Assembly (NCBI GenBank): GCA_026023565.1
Contig: JAPETS010000017.1
Span: 310,001-374,000 of the forward strand
Source: Cirrosporium novae-zelandiae
Taxonomy: Eukaryota
Reading direction: 5' to 3'
DNA length: 64,000 bases
The notes beneath the pieces were generated by a model. That model was not told the origin of the DNA. It did no database searches and worked only from the letters and a program-made list of their open reading frames with translations. Both the position numbers and the translations under genes were made by a program. Positions 23,726-37,495 of the stretch are shown piece by piece. How positions within the stretch are numbered: the stretch's first letter is position 1; the number at the start of each line of letters is the position of its first letter.

Positions 23726-24576
23726 GGTGAATATTCCGTAAAGCGAGTTGTTTTTAATTTACTGAATGATGTGTATGTGGCTAATTGGGCGTTCAAGGTG
23801 GTCGAGGTAGAAATATATCGAAGCATAGAATTAACAGCGGATGTTTGTTTGGGAAATAAATAGAGCGCTGAGAGCTCAAACAATCAGGAGGTTCTGTTTT
23901 CAAAGAGTTGTAGTTACTGTGATCTGCTGGAACTAGCTGGCATTCGTAAGTTCCCCAGGCTGGCTGCGTGGGTAACTCTGCAAAGGACGACCTAGTCAGA
24001 CGACAAGCGTCTAACAGGCAGAGGTGGGCCTACAAAAAGACATGTTTAGTAAATCGGAGATGAAATAAGTAATTCTGAATTGTTGGCTGATGGGAGATGG
24101 CATAGAAGGAGGGGAAAGTGAGGTTCGACAGCTTGCGACGTGGAGGTGATTCGGTCGGCCAAACGGGGTTAGCGATAGATCATGTGAGCTTAATCATCGT
24201 CATTCCTCAACAAAGGAGAAGCTGCGGAGAACGCCATGTGCGCTGGGACCAACTGCCCATTGCTCATTGTCCATTGCCTTCAATAATTTATACGTCCTTT
24301 GCCCCCTCCATCTTGTACCCCAACTCCTATCCCATCTTTGTTGACATTTCCTAAATCGCTACAATATACCTACTCCCCGTAACGAGTCAACTGTCTCCTC
24401 TGCTGCCTGTGCACCACCAGCCCCCATACTAGTCAGCTCCATATGACTGCAAATATTATTAAGCCATTGACACCATGAATCCATCAGCAAGAAGACAACG
24501 TAGGAATATTGTAGGAAGACTGCAGGAACATAAAATACAACCGAGATCGACTCGGGAGATATATAGACCTCTAGTC

Positions 24577-25364
24577 CTACGCGAGCTTTGTCACGGTATC
24601 ATCCTCAGCCTAACACCAAGCAGAGGTTAGAGAGATATATATATACGGGCGAAGAGCCATCCAGGCATGTAGTATTATTGGGTGCTTGGGAAGGCACGCA
24701 AAAAGAAAAGGGTCATGCGCAACATGTTGCCAGTTCAAACATATAGTAAAGAAAGCAAAACTTACCTCCATATCCTCCAGACTGTCTTGCTGGCCAATGC
24801 ATCGTAGGACGTTCTTCTTACTGCTCTCTTGCATCTCTCCTGCTAACAATAGCTCATCCAATATGAAGTAAGCCTTCTGGAAGTTGAAGATGATATCTAG
24901 CTCGCAAACGTTTCCGTAGTATTTATCCATTTGTTCGACATATCGATGAACGATTTCAAGGGTGATGAGCTCGTTGTCCGTCGATGAACAGCCGGCAATG
25001 AAGAATAGGGAGGCATAACGCCTGTATACTATCTTGGTATCTGATAGTTGTTAGCTACGCAATCCTTTTATGGTTGTGAAAGCTCTACCTTTATATTCAA
25101 GGAAGTTGCACATGCGAGTCCGCCGTGCCAGCACGAGTTGTGAGACATCTTTGATGATCTTGGCTTTGTCTTTGGGAGAAAGAGTGGTAAACCATTTGGC
25201 AAGGCGCTGGGAATCATAAGCCGTCAAATTCTGCGAGCAAGGTATTAGGGTGGGGAACGAGAACATACAACTTTGCCCTGACGGGAAAGAAGAATTAGAT
25301 AACTAAATGAATATTAGAAAAGCCTTCTAAGAACTAAGCAGAGTATTTCATACTTAATCGGCAT
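24577..25364 (-). CDS. APS1: AP-1 adaptor complex sigma subunit
   Basis: Five exons: MPI / [12 protein letters not shown] / [39 protein letters not shown] / [14 protein letters not shown]...[22 protein letters not shown]...DME / [10 protein letters not shown]. Confidence 0.92.
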
Positions 25365-25874
25365 TCTCTGTTCTGATTCAAGAGTGATACGTAGGGGAGA
25401 GGATTGGCTCAATAAAAGTTTCTTGGAAGGTAATTAGGTCGCATGTACGAGATTCCAAGGAAACTTGAGTAAATGTTTAAGGTGGCTAATTAGAAAATAA
25501 TGGACAGTATAATCTTTGGATCGAGCTTCAAAGGTTGAGCTGAGGTCTGTGAGTTGTATCTAACATCTAAAAACAATTGATTAGTCGAGTACAGCGTGAA
25601 CGGGTTCCTTGGAGCAGACTTCGGAGATGAAGTTCGGAACATCACATTGACCTTGTTCCGCACCCCACCTCAGTAAAGCCCTCTAGATTTCAAATGCATG
25701 TTGCACTGGACACTGGGTGTAATCAATTCTCCCTCTTCAATCATACCACCCTTGAATTCTTTCTCCGAAGAACTCTTCTCCGTCTCTCATCGTTTTCATT
25801 TTGATGACTCTTTAATTACAACCTACAGATCATATACGACGCCGATTGTTATGCTTGTCTAACCCCGCGCCACT

Positions 25875-26856
25875 ATGAAGCTCATTCTCTCAACCCCGTA
25901 CGTATAAGTGAAGAGTCGCAACCAAAATAAGTGGGCTAATGTTTTTTTCTCTCCAAAGAAATATTATGAATGGCGGTCCATCAGTTATTCAACGTTCCCC
26001 AGTCGAGAAATCTAATACTGAACTCGTCAACTCCCTCCGCGCCAGCTTTCTCACAGCACAAGAAGCCGTAGCCGACTCAAGTAACGGCGACTCGAATTGC
26101 CCAAACTCATCCCCAAAGCCGATACCTGCATCATTATGGACAACTCGCAATGGCGATACAATATATATCCCTTCCCTAGATTTCTCCAATTCGGGTCTGT
26201 CGGAAGAAAGATCTCAATACGACATTACCGTGAAACTATTCTATCTTCCCTCCGCCCTTCCATCTGATCGCTGCCAGCACACACGTGAAGCAGTCGACAT
26301 AATCCTAAAAGCACTCCACATACCCTCTATTGACCTCCTTATCGTTTCCTTCCCTGATATATCCTTTGACGCTGACGACGACAATTCCGAAGAGGGCGCA
26401 TCAGATACAAGCTCGGGGGAGGAACTTGACACAATTATACAAACTTGGGGAACACTTGAAGAGCTTCATTCCCAAGGGCTGATATTGCAGTTGGGCCTTG
26501 CAGAATTTGGCAGCGAACGCCTTGCAAGGTTTCTCCCGCGCGTCAAGGTGCGGCCAACGGTAGACCAAATCAATGTTCGTGATTGTTGTGTGGTACCTAA
26601 GCCATTAATCTTATACGCGAAGCAAGAAAAAATCGAGTTATTAACGCATAATGACTGCACAAATATTTTGCCCCAAGGCACGACAAGAGAGTTGTTAGGG
26701 ACTGGAGATAAGGGTGCAGGTGTACTTGGAACATGTGGTGATGGTGCGCTTTGTGGTGACATTGAGCCACAGTGGGTGGTAAAATACACAGCGGTTGTGA
26801 AGGATAGAGGGGTAATCGAGAACAAGGGATATTTCGCTGTTGCCGAGCTTCGGTAG
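25875..26856 (+). CDS. Glutamate-cysteine ligase regulatory subunit (GCLM, aldo-keto reductase-like fold)
   Basis: MKLILST / NIMNGGPSVI...EERSQYDITVKLF...IDLLIVSFP...LGLAEFGSERL...RPTVDQINVRDCCVVP...IELLTHND...PQWVVKYTAVVKDRGVIENKGY. Confidence 0.87.
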
Positions 26857-27085
26857 CGACCTTTTGCAAGATTTGCAGACTTTAATTCCTCTCACTTTCA
26901 TTGTATTGCAAGAGAGATGATGGATGATGAACGAGATGATGACGGCATGCCTGTTTTCGCCTCAATGAGGCATGATGTTTTGACTTGGCGTTGGAATGAG
27001 CACCAGGGTAGACAAATAGATAGCGGCGCATGTACTCCAGATCTCGAACGTGGCCACTTTAAAGATATCCCTCGTTCTAAGCCTT

Positions 27086-27940
27086 TTAGCCAACCATGCT
27101 CCTCTTTCTACCTCTTTGTCTTACATCCTCCAGCCTTTTCAATACCGCAGGCCCTCCCTTAAAGCTCTCCCCATAGGCTCTTAGTACTTCTTTAAACAGT
27201 CCTTCCGCTCGGGGATGCGTGCTGGCGAATGCCCGTTCTAGCACATATAGGTCCACAGCGCGATCCTCATCTTGCATGGACCCCGCCGCCAGACCGAAGT
27301 CAATGAGGATAATTTTCCCTTGTAAGGATGAAGCAGTTCCTGTGGAATCACGGTGGGGAATGGTAGCATTTAGGCCCTGATTGTCGCCGGAACCAGATGT
27401 GGAGGAAGATGAAGGAGGCTGTAAAAGGATATTGCTCGTAGTCAAATCTCCATGCACAACACCAATCCGATGTAGCTTCCCGACCGCTTTCCCTATTTTT
27501 ACCATCAAATCCTTTAAACCCTCCTCTTCCTCTACAGCTGCGGCTGTCATTTTCTCCTTCAGCCACATATCCAAAACAGCCCTCACGCTCCCTCCCTCTA
27601 TCCACTCTATTGCCATCCACCCCCCCTTGCCCTTGTTTCCTTCAAATTCAACATCGAAGTCCAGGGCTACTACACCAGGCACACAGATACCCTCCCTCCT
27701 ACATTTCACCAGTATTCTTGCCTCGCTGAGGATACGATGACGAGTTAATCTGGCGTCAAGAGTGGGATGGCGGTAGGGTTTCGGAGGCCGGACTTTAATA
27801 GCGACGGGAAGGGAAGAGGTTAAGAAGGTTGTGCGGTAGATGAGAGCTTCGGCACCCTGGGCGATGAGGCTGCAGGGATTCGTGGTGGGGGAATGAGAAA
27901 AGGTCGCCGGAAGAAAGGGCGTTGAAAGCTGATGAGACAT
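27086..27940 (-). CDS. BUD32: EKC/KEOPS complex atypical kinase Bud32
   Basis: LIAQGAEA, KVRPPKPYRHPTLD, VHGDLTTSN, IDFGL, EDRAVDLYVLERAFASTHP, and the C-terminal RGRKRSMVG. Confidence 0.95.
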   Translation of the reverse strand: MSHQLSTPFLPATFSHSPTTNPCSLIAQGAEALIYRTTFLTSSLPVAIKVRPPKPYRHPTLDARLTRHRILSEARILVKCRREGICVPGVVALDFDVEFEGNKGKGGWMAIEWIEGGSVRAVLDMWLKEKMTAAAVEEEEGLKDLMVKIGKAVGKLHRIGVVHGDLTTSNILLQPPSSSSTSGSGDNQGLNATIPHRDSTGTASSLQGKIILIDFGLAAGSMQDEDRAVDLYVLERAFASTHPRAEGLFKEVLRAYGESFKGGPAVLKRLEDVRQRGRKRSMVG

Positions 27941-28825
27941 GATGATACCGAGAATGGCGTAGCTGATAGCTGGCGAAATATTGGTATTGCAATATCAAAA
28001 AGAATCCAAACGCGACTTGTCGTGGTACTAAGTAGAATGTTGAGACAGTTATCGTAAAATCATTGCAGGGAAATATCGGAGATCGGTGGTTAGATTATAC
28101 AGATTAGGGCATCTAGGGCATCTAAGTGGTAGGGACAGCAGGGTTAAGGATGTAATTAACCTTAGCAAATAAAGTAGGCTCTCGAACTCTTTGGAAACCA
28201 TTCAACCCAAGGAAATGAAGCGAGATTATTCGATTCTAGTGTGGGATGCTACTAAGGACGAATAAAGGTTCGCAAGAGGGAAATCCCAAGGAAACGGAGA
28301 CCAATAAAGATTTACTCATTGTCACCTCTTGGGCACCATCCATTTTCTAGAGTAAATATAGTGTAATAAAAGATATGTCTTTGGCCAGGACATGTACATT
28401 TCACAAACGGACGCCCCGATGAGTCCTACTCACATTTGCTTCCTGGCCCGACTACATAAAGAATAACGATGCACATGCTTTCAAAAAGATTAGGATCCAG
28501 GTCCAATCCAAAGAGCCTTGCAACATAGCACATATCCTCATCTTTAGTCCCCTGTGTTGCTTGTCCATCCATCCATCCCCCGGGGAAGCAAAGCCATATG
28601 ATTCATAAGGAATGATACATCAGAAATGGGTATATCGAAGCAAAATGCTGAAAAGAAGTATACCCGCAAGTCGTATTTTTTTTTATAGAAAACGAGGCAT
28701 GTGTAGGTGTGGACTTCTTTAAAGGGAAAAGATGAGTATTAAAAAAAGACATTCCTTTGTATGCATGAGAGTTTCAATTAGTTAATTAAACCATCCAGAA
28801 ACGCCTATTGTCAAGCCATAGGATG

Positions 28826-31800
28826 CTATCGCGTCTTCTAGATACCATACCTATTAGCAATACCTCTACCATTCCTGGGTTTGTAGGGACATACCAAGCT
28901 TGCAGCGGCAGCAGCAGCGGCTAAATCTGGCTTCCCGCTGAAACTCCTCGTCGGGACCCTCGGTAATGCCGAGCCTGCTACCATGTTTCCATTTGAAGCC
29001 CGCTTTATCCCGATCCCCCCCTGCAAGCCATTCATGGTCGAATGCCGTCGAGCCGCACCACCAGCCTTGATGGGTGAATTACTAGGATCACGATTCCTGA
29101 CAGCTGTACCATTCTTGAAACTTGTCGCAGGGGGCTCTGGGAGAGGTCTAGCACCAGCCGGAGTTTGAACAGTGTTGTTACGTTTGATGGGTGAGTTGAA
29201 GTTAGAAAGTGCTCCACGAGAGCGTGGAACAGCCGTAGGTTTGATACCTGTGATGAATTCATGACAGGCCGCTTCATGAGGGGTAAGTCGTCGAGCTGGG
29301 TCCCATCGCAAACATCGAGCTATGAAGTCAAGGAATGCCTCATCATCACATTTCAGAGCTTGGTGTAAGGATTTTGAGCTTGGTCTTCGTCGGCGGCCTT
29401 TTGAAGATACGGTAATCCGAGGTTTGCCCAGTGAATCAAAGAAGAGCTTCTTACGAGAACTTTTCTCGATCAAATGTTTCTCCGGGGGACCGAAAACTTC
29501 CATGATACACGCAAGTTGTTCTTGTTCATTTTCACCAGGGAAAATTGGGTACCCGGTATAGAGTTCAGCTAGAATACATCCCAAGCTCCACATGTCGATA
29601 GGCATGCCATATGTCATCCCAAGAATTACTTCTGGCGATCGATAAAACCTTGACTGGATATAAGTGTAAACCTTTTCGTTCTCAAAACAGCTAGAACCAA
29701 AATCAATCACTTTGATTTCAGAATGAACAGGGTGAGCTAGAAGTATATTTTCTGGCTTGAGATCGCAATGAATGACTTTGTGGGCGTGTAGCAAGAGCAA
29801 GCTGCTTAGCATTTGCTTCGTAAACCGGCGAATCAGTCGAAGCGAAAATCCCCGGAAATCATGAGCCTTGATGAACTCATACAAGTTCATGCCTAGTAGC
29901 TCAGTTGAGATGCAGAGATGACCTCTGAAATAGAAACTCTGAGTGAAATTTACTACGCTATGTTGGCAGTCAGGGTCCTAGAAAATGGTTAGCTTTCTGG
30001 TGGCATGCCAAAATTGTGCTTCGGCTTACCCATTCTCTCAGCTTTTGCAAGATGTTAACTTCAACGAGGGCTTGCTGATGAAATCTCTTCTTGTTCCGAA
30101 TAATCTTGATCGCTACCAGTCCACCAGTGCGGTGATCAATACACCGCAAAACTTGACCAAAACTTCCTTTTCCAAGTACATCAATAACTTCATATCGATA
30201 GGCAATGTGGTCTCCATGAATAACCTTGTAATCTCCTCGATCATCATCATAACCAAAATTCAATGAAGCTGAATTCATATCACCAACATGTTTTTTAGCA
30301 TGTTTTGTTCCACAGAAATAAACGTCCTTGTAGTCCACAATCTCTCCCCTTTCAAATATATTCAAATTCGCCATACGCAGTGCTTGGTTTGGAGAAACCC
30401 TTTCTTTAACGGTGGCCTTCTTTCGAAGTTGATCTAGCTCACGCGCCGCGGACTCAAAATCCTTTCGTTTTGAAGCTAATCGTTTCATTTCCTCTTCAGC
30501 ACCAAGATCATCGCGATCCAGAGACATGTCCAATAGCGGTCTATGTCTGGGAGCAGGCATTTTCTGAACAGGAGTTGGGATAGAATGTCCCGTCCGGGAA
30601 GATGTGGATGGTGCCTCAGATTCTGAAGCTTCCGTTCCTGTGGTCGCCTCGGTGTACGAACCATCGCCAGTTCCACCATTGTCACTGGAAATTCTAGCAT
30701 GACCCCCGATACTTGCATTTGAGACATTCCTACGATTTTGCAAACGTGCCGCTCTTTGCTGCTGGGTTGAATTGCCGTGAAGATGGCCAGTCCAGGTTGC
30801 AGAGGCAGGTAGCTTTGGCGGAGGCATGTTATCTGATTTCTTCAGTTCAGTGCTAGGTTCGGTTCCTACTTGAGACCTAGAAGCACTCTTCTTTCGAGTA
30901 AGACTGAGCTTTCGGCGTAAAGATGCTCCTAGAGAAGTAGCCTCTGGTTCAAGTGGGCTAGGTAATTGAACAGGCGCTGTATCGTGTTTCCGGTTTTCCC
31001 AGGTTTGAGCTCGTGGTCCAGTCAACTTGCTTGTTGGGTGATCGGCTCCTGCCGCATTATTAGCAGCATAGTCGCCACTACCTTTTCTATGAATGAAACT
31101 GAATTCGCCGCTATGTTTAGGCAAGGACGAAGACGTAAACGGAGAAACAGCGCGCGGAGCTGGGCGAAGCTCAGATGGGGTAGGTACATTTGCAGCCATA
31201 GAACTAGACTGGCCACGCAACGGTGATTCATTCCGTAATTGATAATGAGAACTACTGCTGCGAACGTGCTTTACCGTCAATGGTGTCGGTGCTTGGTCTC
31301 CTCTCGAAAAGAAACTGGCTTTGGACGCTGTCATCGGTGTACTTGGGGTCTTCGTTGCTCGCTTTGGAGGCGGAGGGGTAATTGGGTCCCCATGATTGGT
31401 TGCAGGCTCATGGAGAGCAGCTATCTTGGCCGCTGTAGGTGTGCTTAGAGGTAGCAGGTTCAGTGGTGGAAGACGCAAAGGCTGCAGATGACTTTTCTTG
31501 CCCAACGAGGAACCTTTCGCCTTCGCTTCAGACTCAGATGGGATAGCAGTATTGATAGCCAGCCTTCTTCCCTCTGCTTCCTCTCTTGATCTCGCTTTTT
31601 CTAACGTCGAAAACAATGTCGGCGTTCCTTCACCAGTAGACACGCTCCTCATGCTATCAGTTTCGAAAGGGAAACTACCTTTTCTACCTGAGAAAAATGA
31701 TTCATGTTCCGCGCTAGGGGATTCAAATGCTTTTGGAATAGCGGGGACCGGTGGAACATCTTCATCTTCCCCAAAAGAATTATCACTCCGCGTTTTGGCA

Positions 31801-33481
31801 GTAGGCAGTCGGGATAAATTAAGGTTTTGACTCAATCTCGATTGGTTCGATCCCATTGAGTTCCGTACGGAATTATAGCTTGTACTGGAGGACACAGAAA
31901 GGCCCGAACTATAAGATTTGCGGTTTGGATCGGGAGTAGTCCGAGAAGACGACGGCGTTGTACTTTTACGGTGTACCTGTGCTGGAGATTGGGTGCCGGA
32001 AAGAGATAACTCTGGTTGAGGTGTAGTCGGGGTGGTAGGCAATGGCGGTGGGTGAGGCATGATGGACTGCCTCTTCATTCTACGCGCATCGGTTGGACTT
32101 ATTGTTCGCGCTCCCAGTCCCGACGCATGTGGTGGCATCACAGACATTCGCCGTGACGAAGACGGAGTAGTCGCACCTTCTGCTACAGACCGTCCAGGAG
32201 TCCGAGTTGTTGTTGTAGATGAAGACCTAGAATGATCGGGAGTCCGCGACGGTGTCGAAAGATGGCTCCTCGGCTCCCTTGGAGGAGGCTGCAAGGATTT
32301 CGATTTCACGGTCCGATTTGTGGTGCTCGTAAAGCGTGGAATGGAGTGACTAGATGAGAGTTTTGCTGGAGCACCTAGACGAACACCTTCTGATTCACTT
32401 TCTTCCTGGTCATTAGGGACATGCCTAATGCTTGACTTCCGCCTATGCGAAGCCCGTTCCCCAAACTCTGTGGGCAAGATCCCTGGTCCAACCGATTTTC
32501 GTGGGGCCCGTGCGAGAGCGACATGGGAAGTTGAATTCGATGTAGGGAAATAACTCTGCCGGCGAGGTCGTGTAGATACAGGTGCAGATGGTTGTCCCAT
32601 GGATTCAGTGCTGGGTACAGCCTGGTTTAGCCTTTGAGTTGAGTTGCTATTATTTCGGCGCAGCAAAGAACCACTTCTTGCAATCCCTCGGGTCGTTGAG
32701 CCTTCCACAGGACCTGTCCCGCTACCTTTGGTCTCCTGTTTTTGGGCAAGTCTTGTCTGAGTGTTATGATTTAGTCCTTCGCTCCTCAGGATGCTGCCTC
32801 CTCGAACAGGTGCAGGAAATTGGTTTAGGGTAGGCTCATCGGCAGTAAGGTTCATATGAAAGTCATCAAAGCTAACTTCGGGGAGGAAATTAATGCCGCT
32901 AGAGGAATTTGCATCTTTGTCATCCTGAGTATTTGAATGCAAAGAGGTGATACTATAGCGAGCTCTATGGTTCACTGATGTTCGTCGAGGATGCGAAGTC
33001 GCATTCGTAGTGGAGGTTTCATGAGCGTGGCTTGCAGCAGCCGTTCTGGGAACTCTCAGTACAGTAAACTGCGATGGCGTTATGTGGAACGTACCGTTTT
33101 GTCGGGGAGAAAGCCGCAGGGCGTGGTCCCAGCGGTGCTTTCTGATCCCTTGTAGACTGTCTCCTTCGAGCTGCCAGGTTTGACCGCGATTCGGTCGCGG
33201 GTTTAGTCGATGAAGCACCCGTTTTGTTCCGTCTATTTAGGATATCACCATCCGAGGTGCTCTTCAGAAACCTTTTCCGCGCAGGGCCTTCTATTGTAGA
33301 TTATGGTCAGTCAGCCGCCAATAGCGGGATGCTGCAAGCACCCGCCTGCAACAACCTGGAGTGAGATCGGCTTACCTCCGGAGCCGGAATCCTCGCCGCG
33401 GGATGCGCTCGAGTCCCTTGATTGTGATGCAAAAGCACTTGTGTTTGCAACGGCAGGTTGCATTGAAACCCGGGTAGGCAT
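28826..33481 (-). CDS. DYRK-family kinase, Pom1/PomA-like, with long low-complexity N-terminus
   Basis: DH box NFGYDDDRGDY, LGKGSFGQV, IHCDLKPENIL, activation loop VYTYIQSRFYRSPE (YxY). Start 33481 and last exon KTR* are inferred from splice signals. Confidence 0.9.
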
Positions 33482-34887
33482 TCTGCAAGCCCTCTTTCTA
33501 GATCGACTGCGTTGTTCTAGGCGTAATGGCAGGCAGGACCGAAGGTCGAGGCTGAAGGAGCGTGGGGATTACCAACTAGCCTTGTCCGTATTCGGGCGGA
33601 CAAGAGCTTGTATCATGCCTTCATTTCCACGAGCTATAACATAATTGACCACGACAATCGGCCGTGGTAAAGAATCACGAAAAGTGAATAGAACGGCGTT
33701 TTGAAAGGACGAGCGAAGTTGACCTTGGAAGGTTTATTTCGTTATTTTCGAGATGCAGGGAATGGGAGAATAGGATGAGAGTTAAAGGAGTGAAGAAGGA
33801 ATGATCCGAAGCGACAATTGACAGAGATTTGTTTTGGTGTTGTTGTCGTTCAAGCTGGTGGGTTGTCGACTTTAATTTGGGAGAATATCCTGAAAGGGAG
33901 CTGGAAGCAGCGACTAGGAAGGCATGCCTGGAGGGTTTGGTTACTAGGAGCATGGGCGACAGGCGACATGGGGGGTGAGAGAGTGGAGGTATTAGAGGTA
34001 TTAGAAGGGTACTAAAAGGGCCTAAGTTGATGGATTATCGGCCTTTGATTGGGCTTGAAAGGGGCTAAGCTCTTTAGGCTTTAGGTAGACTTGGTAGAAA
34101 TCCCAGTTTGGAGGCTGTTGGAGGCAGATGGTCTTTTTTGATGGTCCTGATGGTCCTGATGGTCTTTCAAAAACTCCTTCAAAACTCCTCGTCGTTGAGG
34201 AAACCTTAACCTGCTAAACCCTCCCCAGGTGTCCCCTCCCCCTAAATGACCCTATCAGATGGCAGTCTTTTTTCGCCTGGAGGACCAAACACGAGTCATC
34301 ATTATAATAAAACCTAGTTACCTTTTTACTGTACTTGTATGTTGGTGCTCGATCAAAAAAACTACTGGATAATTTTCAAATTATACAATAAAATACTTTA
34401 TCTTTATTTGCAATACAATTCATTTACTAATTACTTTGATTGACAACCCCTTTCACTACTTACTATAGCTAACTTTTTAGTTGCCATAACATCCACATAA
34501 ACATAACATCACTTCGGGTCTTGGGGGCCGACTTCTACGAAGATCCAGGAACAGTCGCGGTTAATAAAGATCGAATTGCAAACAGAACAAAACAACACAA
34601 ATCAAATCAAATCAAATCAAACAACCAGTAAATCTATACAAACCACACAAACAATACAAACGATACAAACCACACCAATCACACAGATCACATGTTACAA
34701 GCACTACATTATGACACCGACATCATGATGGCTACTTCCAGGATAGGAAGTGGAGAGAGAAGCAGAAGAAGGTATCTAGAAGAAATACAATATTAATAAA
34801 CCGTTCTATCCATTTTCTGCAACATGACTCTGCTGTATTTTTCAAACATTCTCTCCCTCTAATAATAACATATACAACCTTTCCGCC

Positions 34888-36515
34888 ATGGATGAATCCA
34901 TGACAGATACGTTCGCCCAGCGGAACACCCCCGTTCCCCTCCTCCCTCCCCAATCTCCTTCAACCACTGATGATGCATCTGTCAGCGGAACAAAAGAACA
35001 CAAGAGATCAAGATCAGAAGCAATAAGAAAGAAATCGACAGATTCCAGCTATGCTGAAAGCGAGTCTGGTCGTCGTCTCTCTTTACACGACAAACTATTA
35101 AACAAGTCGGTTTCAGGCCTGTTTCAATCGAACTCGAATGCAGAGCACAGTTCTGATTGAGTGGCTAGGTTACTCCAACAAGTCATCCCTCCGAATGGCT
35201 CCGACGATGATGTTCTCCGATCAGATCAACGATCGGCCCCATATCTTGAACGCCCTGCCTTCAGCCTTCCCTTGATGACAACCAATTTCCGCCGCTTCAA
35301 TGCTAGGTAGGGTTTTTCCGAGCCCTGAGTTTCCTACTACTGCTAATATTATCATTATCAAGAATTGGTGTTGTCTTTGTCTTCCAATACCGCATAATTC
35401 GACTCCTCAACTGGCACCAGCCTACCCACACTCTTTCATTCCTATCAATCAGTACTTTCGTCATACTTTCACCTCACCTTCTACCCGCAATCTCGCTCGT
35501 GGCCTTCCTCATATTCGTCATGGTACCGGCTTTCATCCACCGTCATCCGCCACCACCTTCTTCGACTTCCAACTCCGACCCAATTACAATGTACTACTCT
35601 CTCCACGGCCCTGCATTGGCTCCCGCAGCAACTGTGAAACCCGTCGCTGAGACGTCCAAAGATTTCTTCCGCAATATGCGAGATCTCCAGAACAGCATGG
35701 GCGACTTTAGCATGTTGCACGATGAGATCGTTACGCGACTTTCTCCGCCGACCAACTTTGCGAACGAAGCACTCTCTTCAGCTGTCTTTCTCGCTCTCAC
35801 TGTCCTCGTCTTTCTGGTAGCTCTCAGCGCCCATCTCATCTTATGGCGACCTCTCTTCCTCCTCGGAGTATGGGTCCCCATTCTCCTCCTTCACCCATCT
35901 ATCAAATCTCTTGTCTCCTCCAGTCCAGTTCGTGGGTCGCTTGAGACACACTCCTCCACGCTCCAGTCGCGGTTTGAATCCTTCATTGCCAAAGACATAC
36001 TCCCTCCAGATACCGCCGAGATCCGTGAAGTCGAGATCTTCGAGCTACAGCGTCGACGCTCCCTCGTACCAACTGATCCCAATGGGGATGGGGAATGGGA
36101 GCCCTGGCTCTTCAGTTCGAGTCCTTACGACCCCCTCTCTCCAGCCCGGATCGCAGGCTCCCGCCCTCGAGGAGCACGGTTCTTTGAGGATGTGCAACCG
36201 CCCGAGGGCTGGGCATGGGAAGGGAAAAAATGGGTTGTCGATCTGGGGAGCAAAGAATGGGTGGAAGAGCGAATGATTTCAGGAGTAGAAGTTGAGACAG
36301 CGGGTGGAAGATGGGTGAGCGACTTGGCGCTTGTGGACGAAGATCTTGAAGTAGGCTTAAGGGAAGAAGGGAAAGCAAAAGGGAAAGCAAAAGAGAAGAA
36401 AAAGGACTGGGAAGAAGGGATGAAAGGAGCTGTGGCCTTAGGTAAATGGAGGCGTAGAAGGTGGGTTAGAGCCGTGAGACGTGTAGAAATTCCTGACGAT
36501 GGTAATGGGGGATGA
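34888..36515 (+). CDS. Pex24/Pex28/Pex29-type peroxisome-ER membrane protein with dysferlin domain
   Basis: RPAFSLPLMTTNFRRFNAR / IGVVFVFQ...LNWHQPTHTLS, SKDFFRNMRDLQNSM, REVEIFELQ, FFEDVQPPEGWAW, WRRRRWVR. Two introns. Confidence 0.85.
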
Positions 36516-37495
36516 GTTGGGTTGAGTGGAGTCCTACGAGACATGTTTACGAAAGTGAGTACATCGCATACAAGGATCGGACCAGAATGACCAAACCGCA
36601 AAAATGTATACATGAATAAGGTAATTGGGGTTGAGATGCATGGGGAAGAGATCTTCGGAATTTTGCTATACCGGTAAAGAAATGTTAGCTGCATCTCAAG
36701 AGCAGCACGGACGTATTATCATTGTGCATTTGTCATTCAAGGTGCATTAACAGGCAATTGCTTTTCTTTGCATGGGCACTTGGCATTTAATACTGGAACT
36801 ATGGTAGTGGTGAGTCGCCATGTTATTTCCATACCAGCAACGGTAGGGAGACCTAACTAATAAAGGGGAAGGCAACTTTGCTTTCGCAGTCAGGTCATCT
36901 CCTCCTATTGTATAGCTCATAAAAAAAACAAGGCTGCAGATGTGGCTCTCAAACCATCCCATGGGCCATGCATGGTACACCTACTTGAATGCTTTTTCTC
37001 TTTTCTTCTTGCTACCCTCTATTCTACCTTCTTTCAGGAATATGTGGCTCTTTTAAGACAAATATCTTTGCTTTTTGTTTTTTTTTTGGTATTCTCAGCT
37101 ATGTACTTTGTTCAGAGGTAATATGTACGGACCTAATTACCTGTCTGTCTGTTGACTGAGAGAAGAAGAAAACATGAAAGTCATAAAACGATTCCTTTTC
37201 ACCATCATCATAACAAATCTCTCATCACTCCATAGCTCCTTTCATGTTCCTTTCACAGGATGATATGGCATGAAAAGACTTGTATTTCACCCACACGCCC
37301 CGCCTGTGTCGAATGACTGATCCATAAACATGCCCTTTTTATCCATTGATTCATAACACCCTCCAAAGAATCCTTTTGAACATCCATCATAACTAAAAAA
37401 ACCATGATTCATTGTGAAGGTGCCGTGAAAAGGTGATATGTTCACATGAGAGAGTAAGGACAAGATGACACAAAAGGTCTTAATCATTGTCCGTC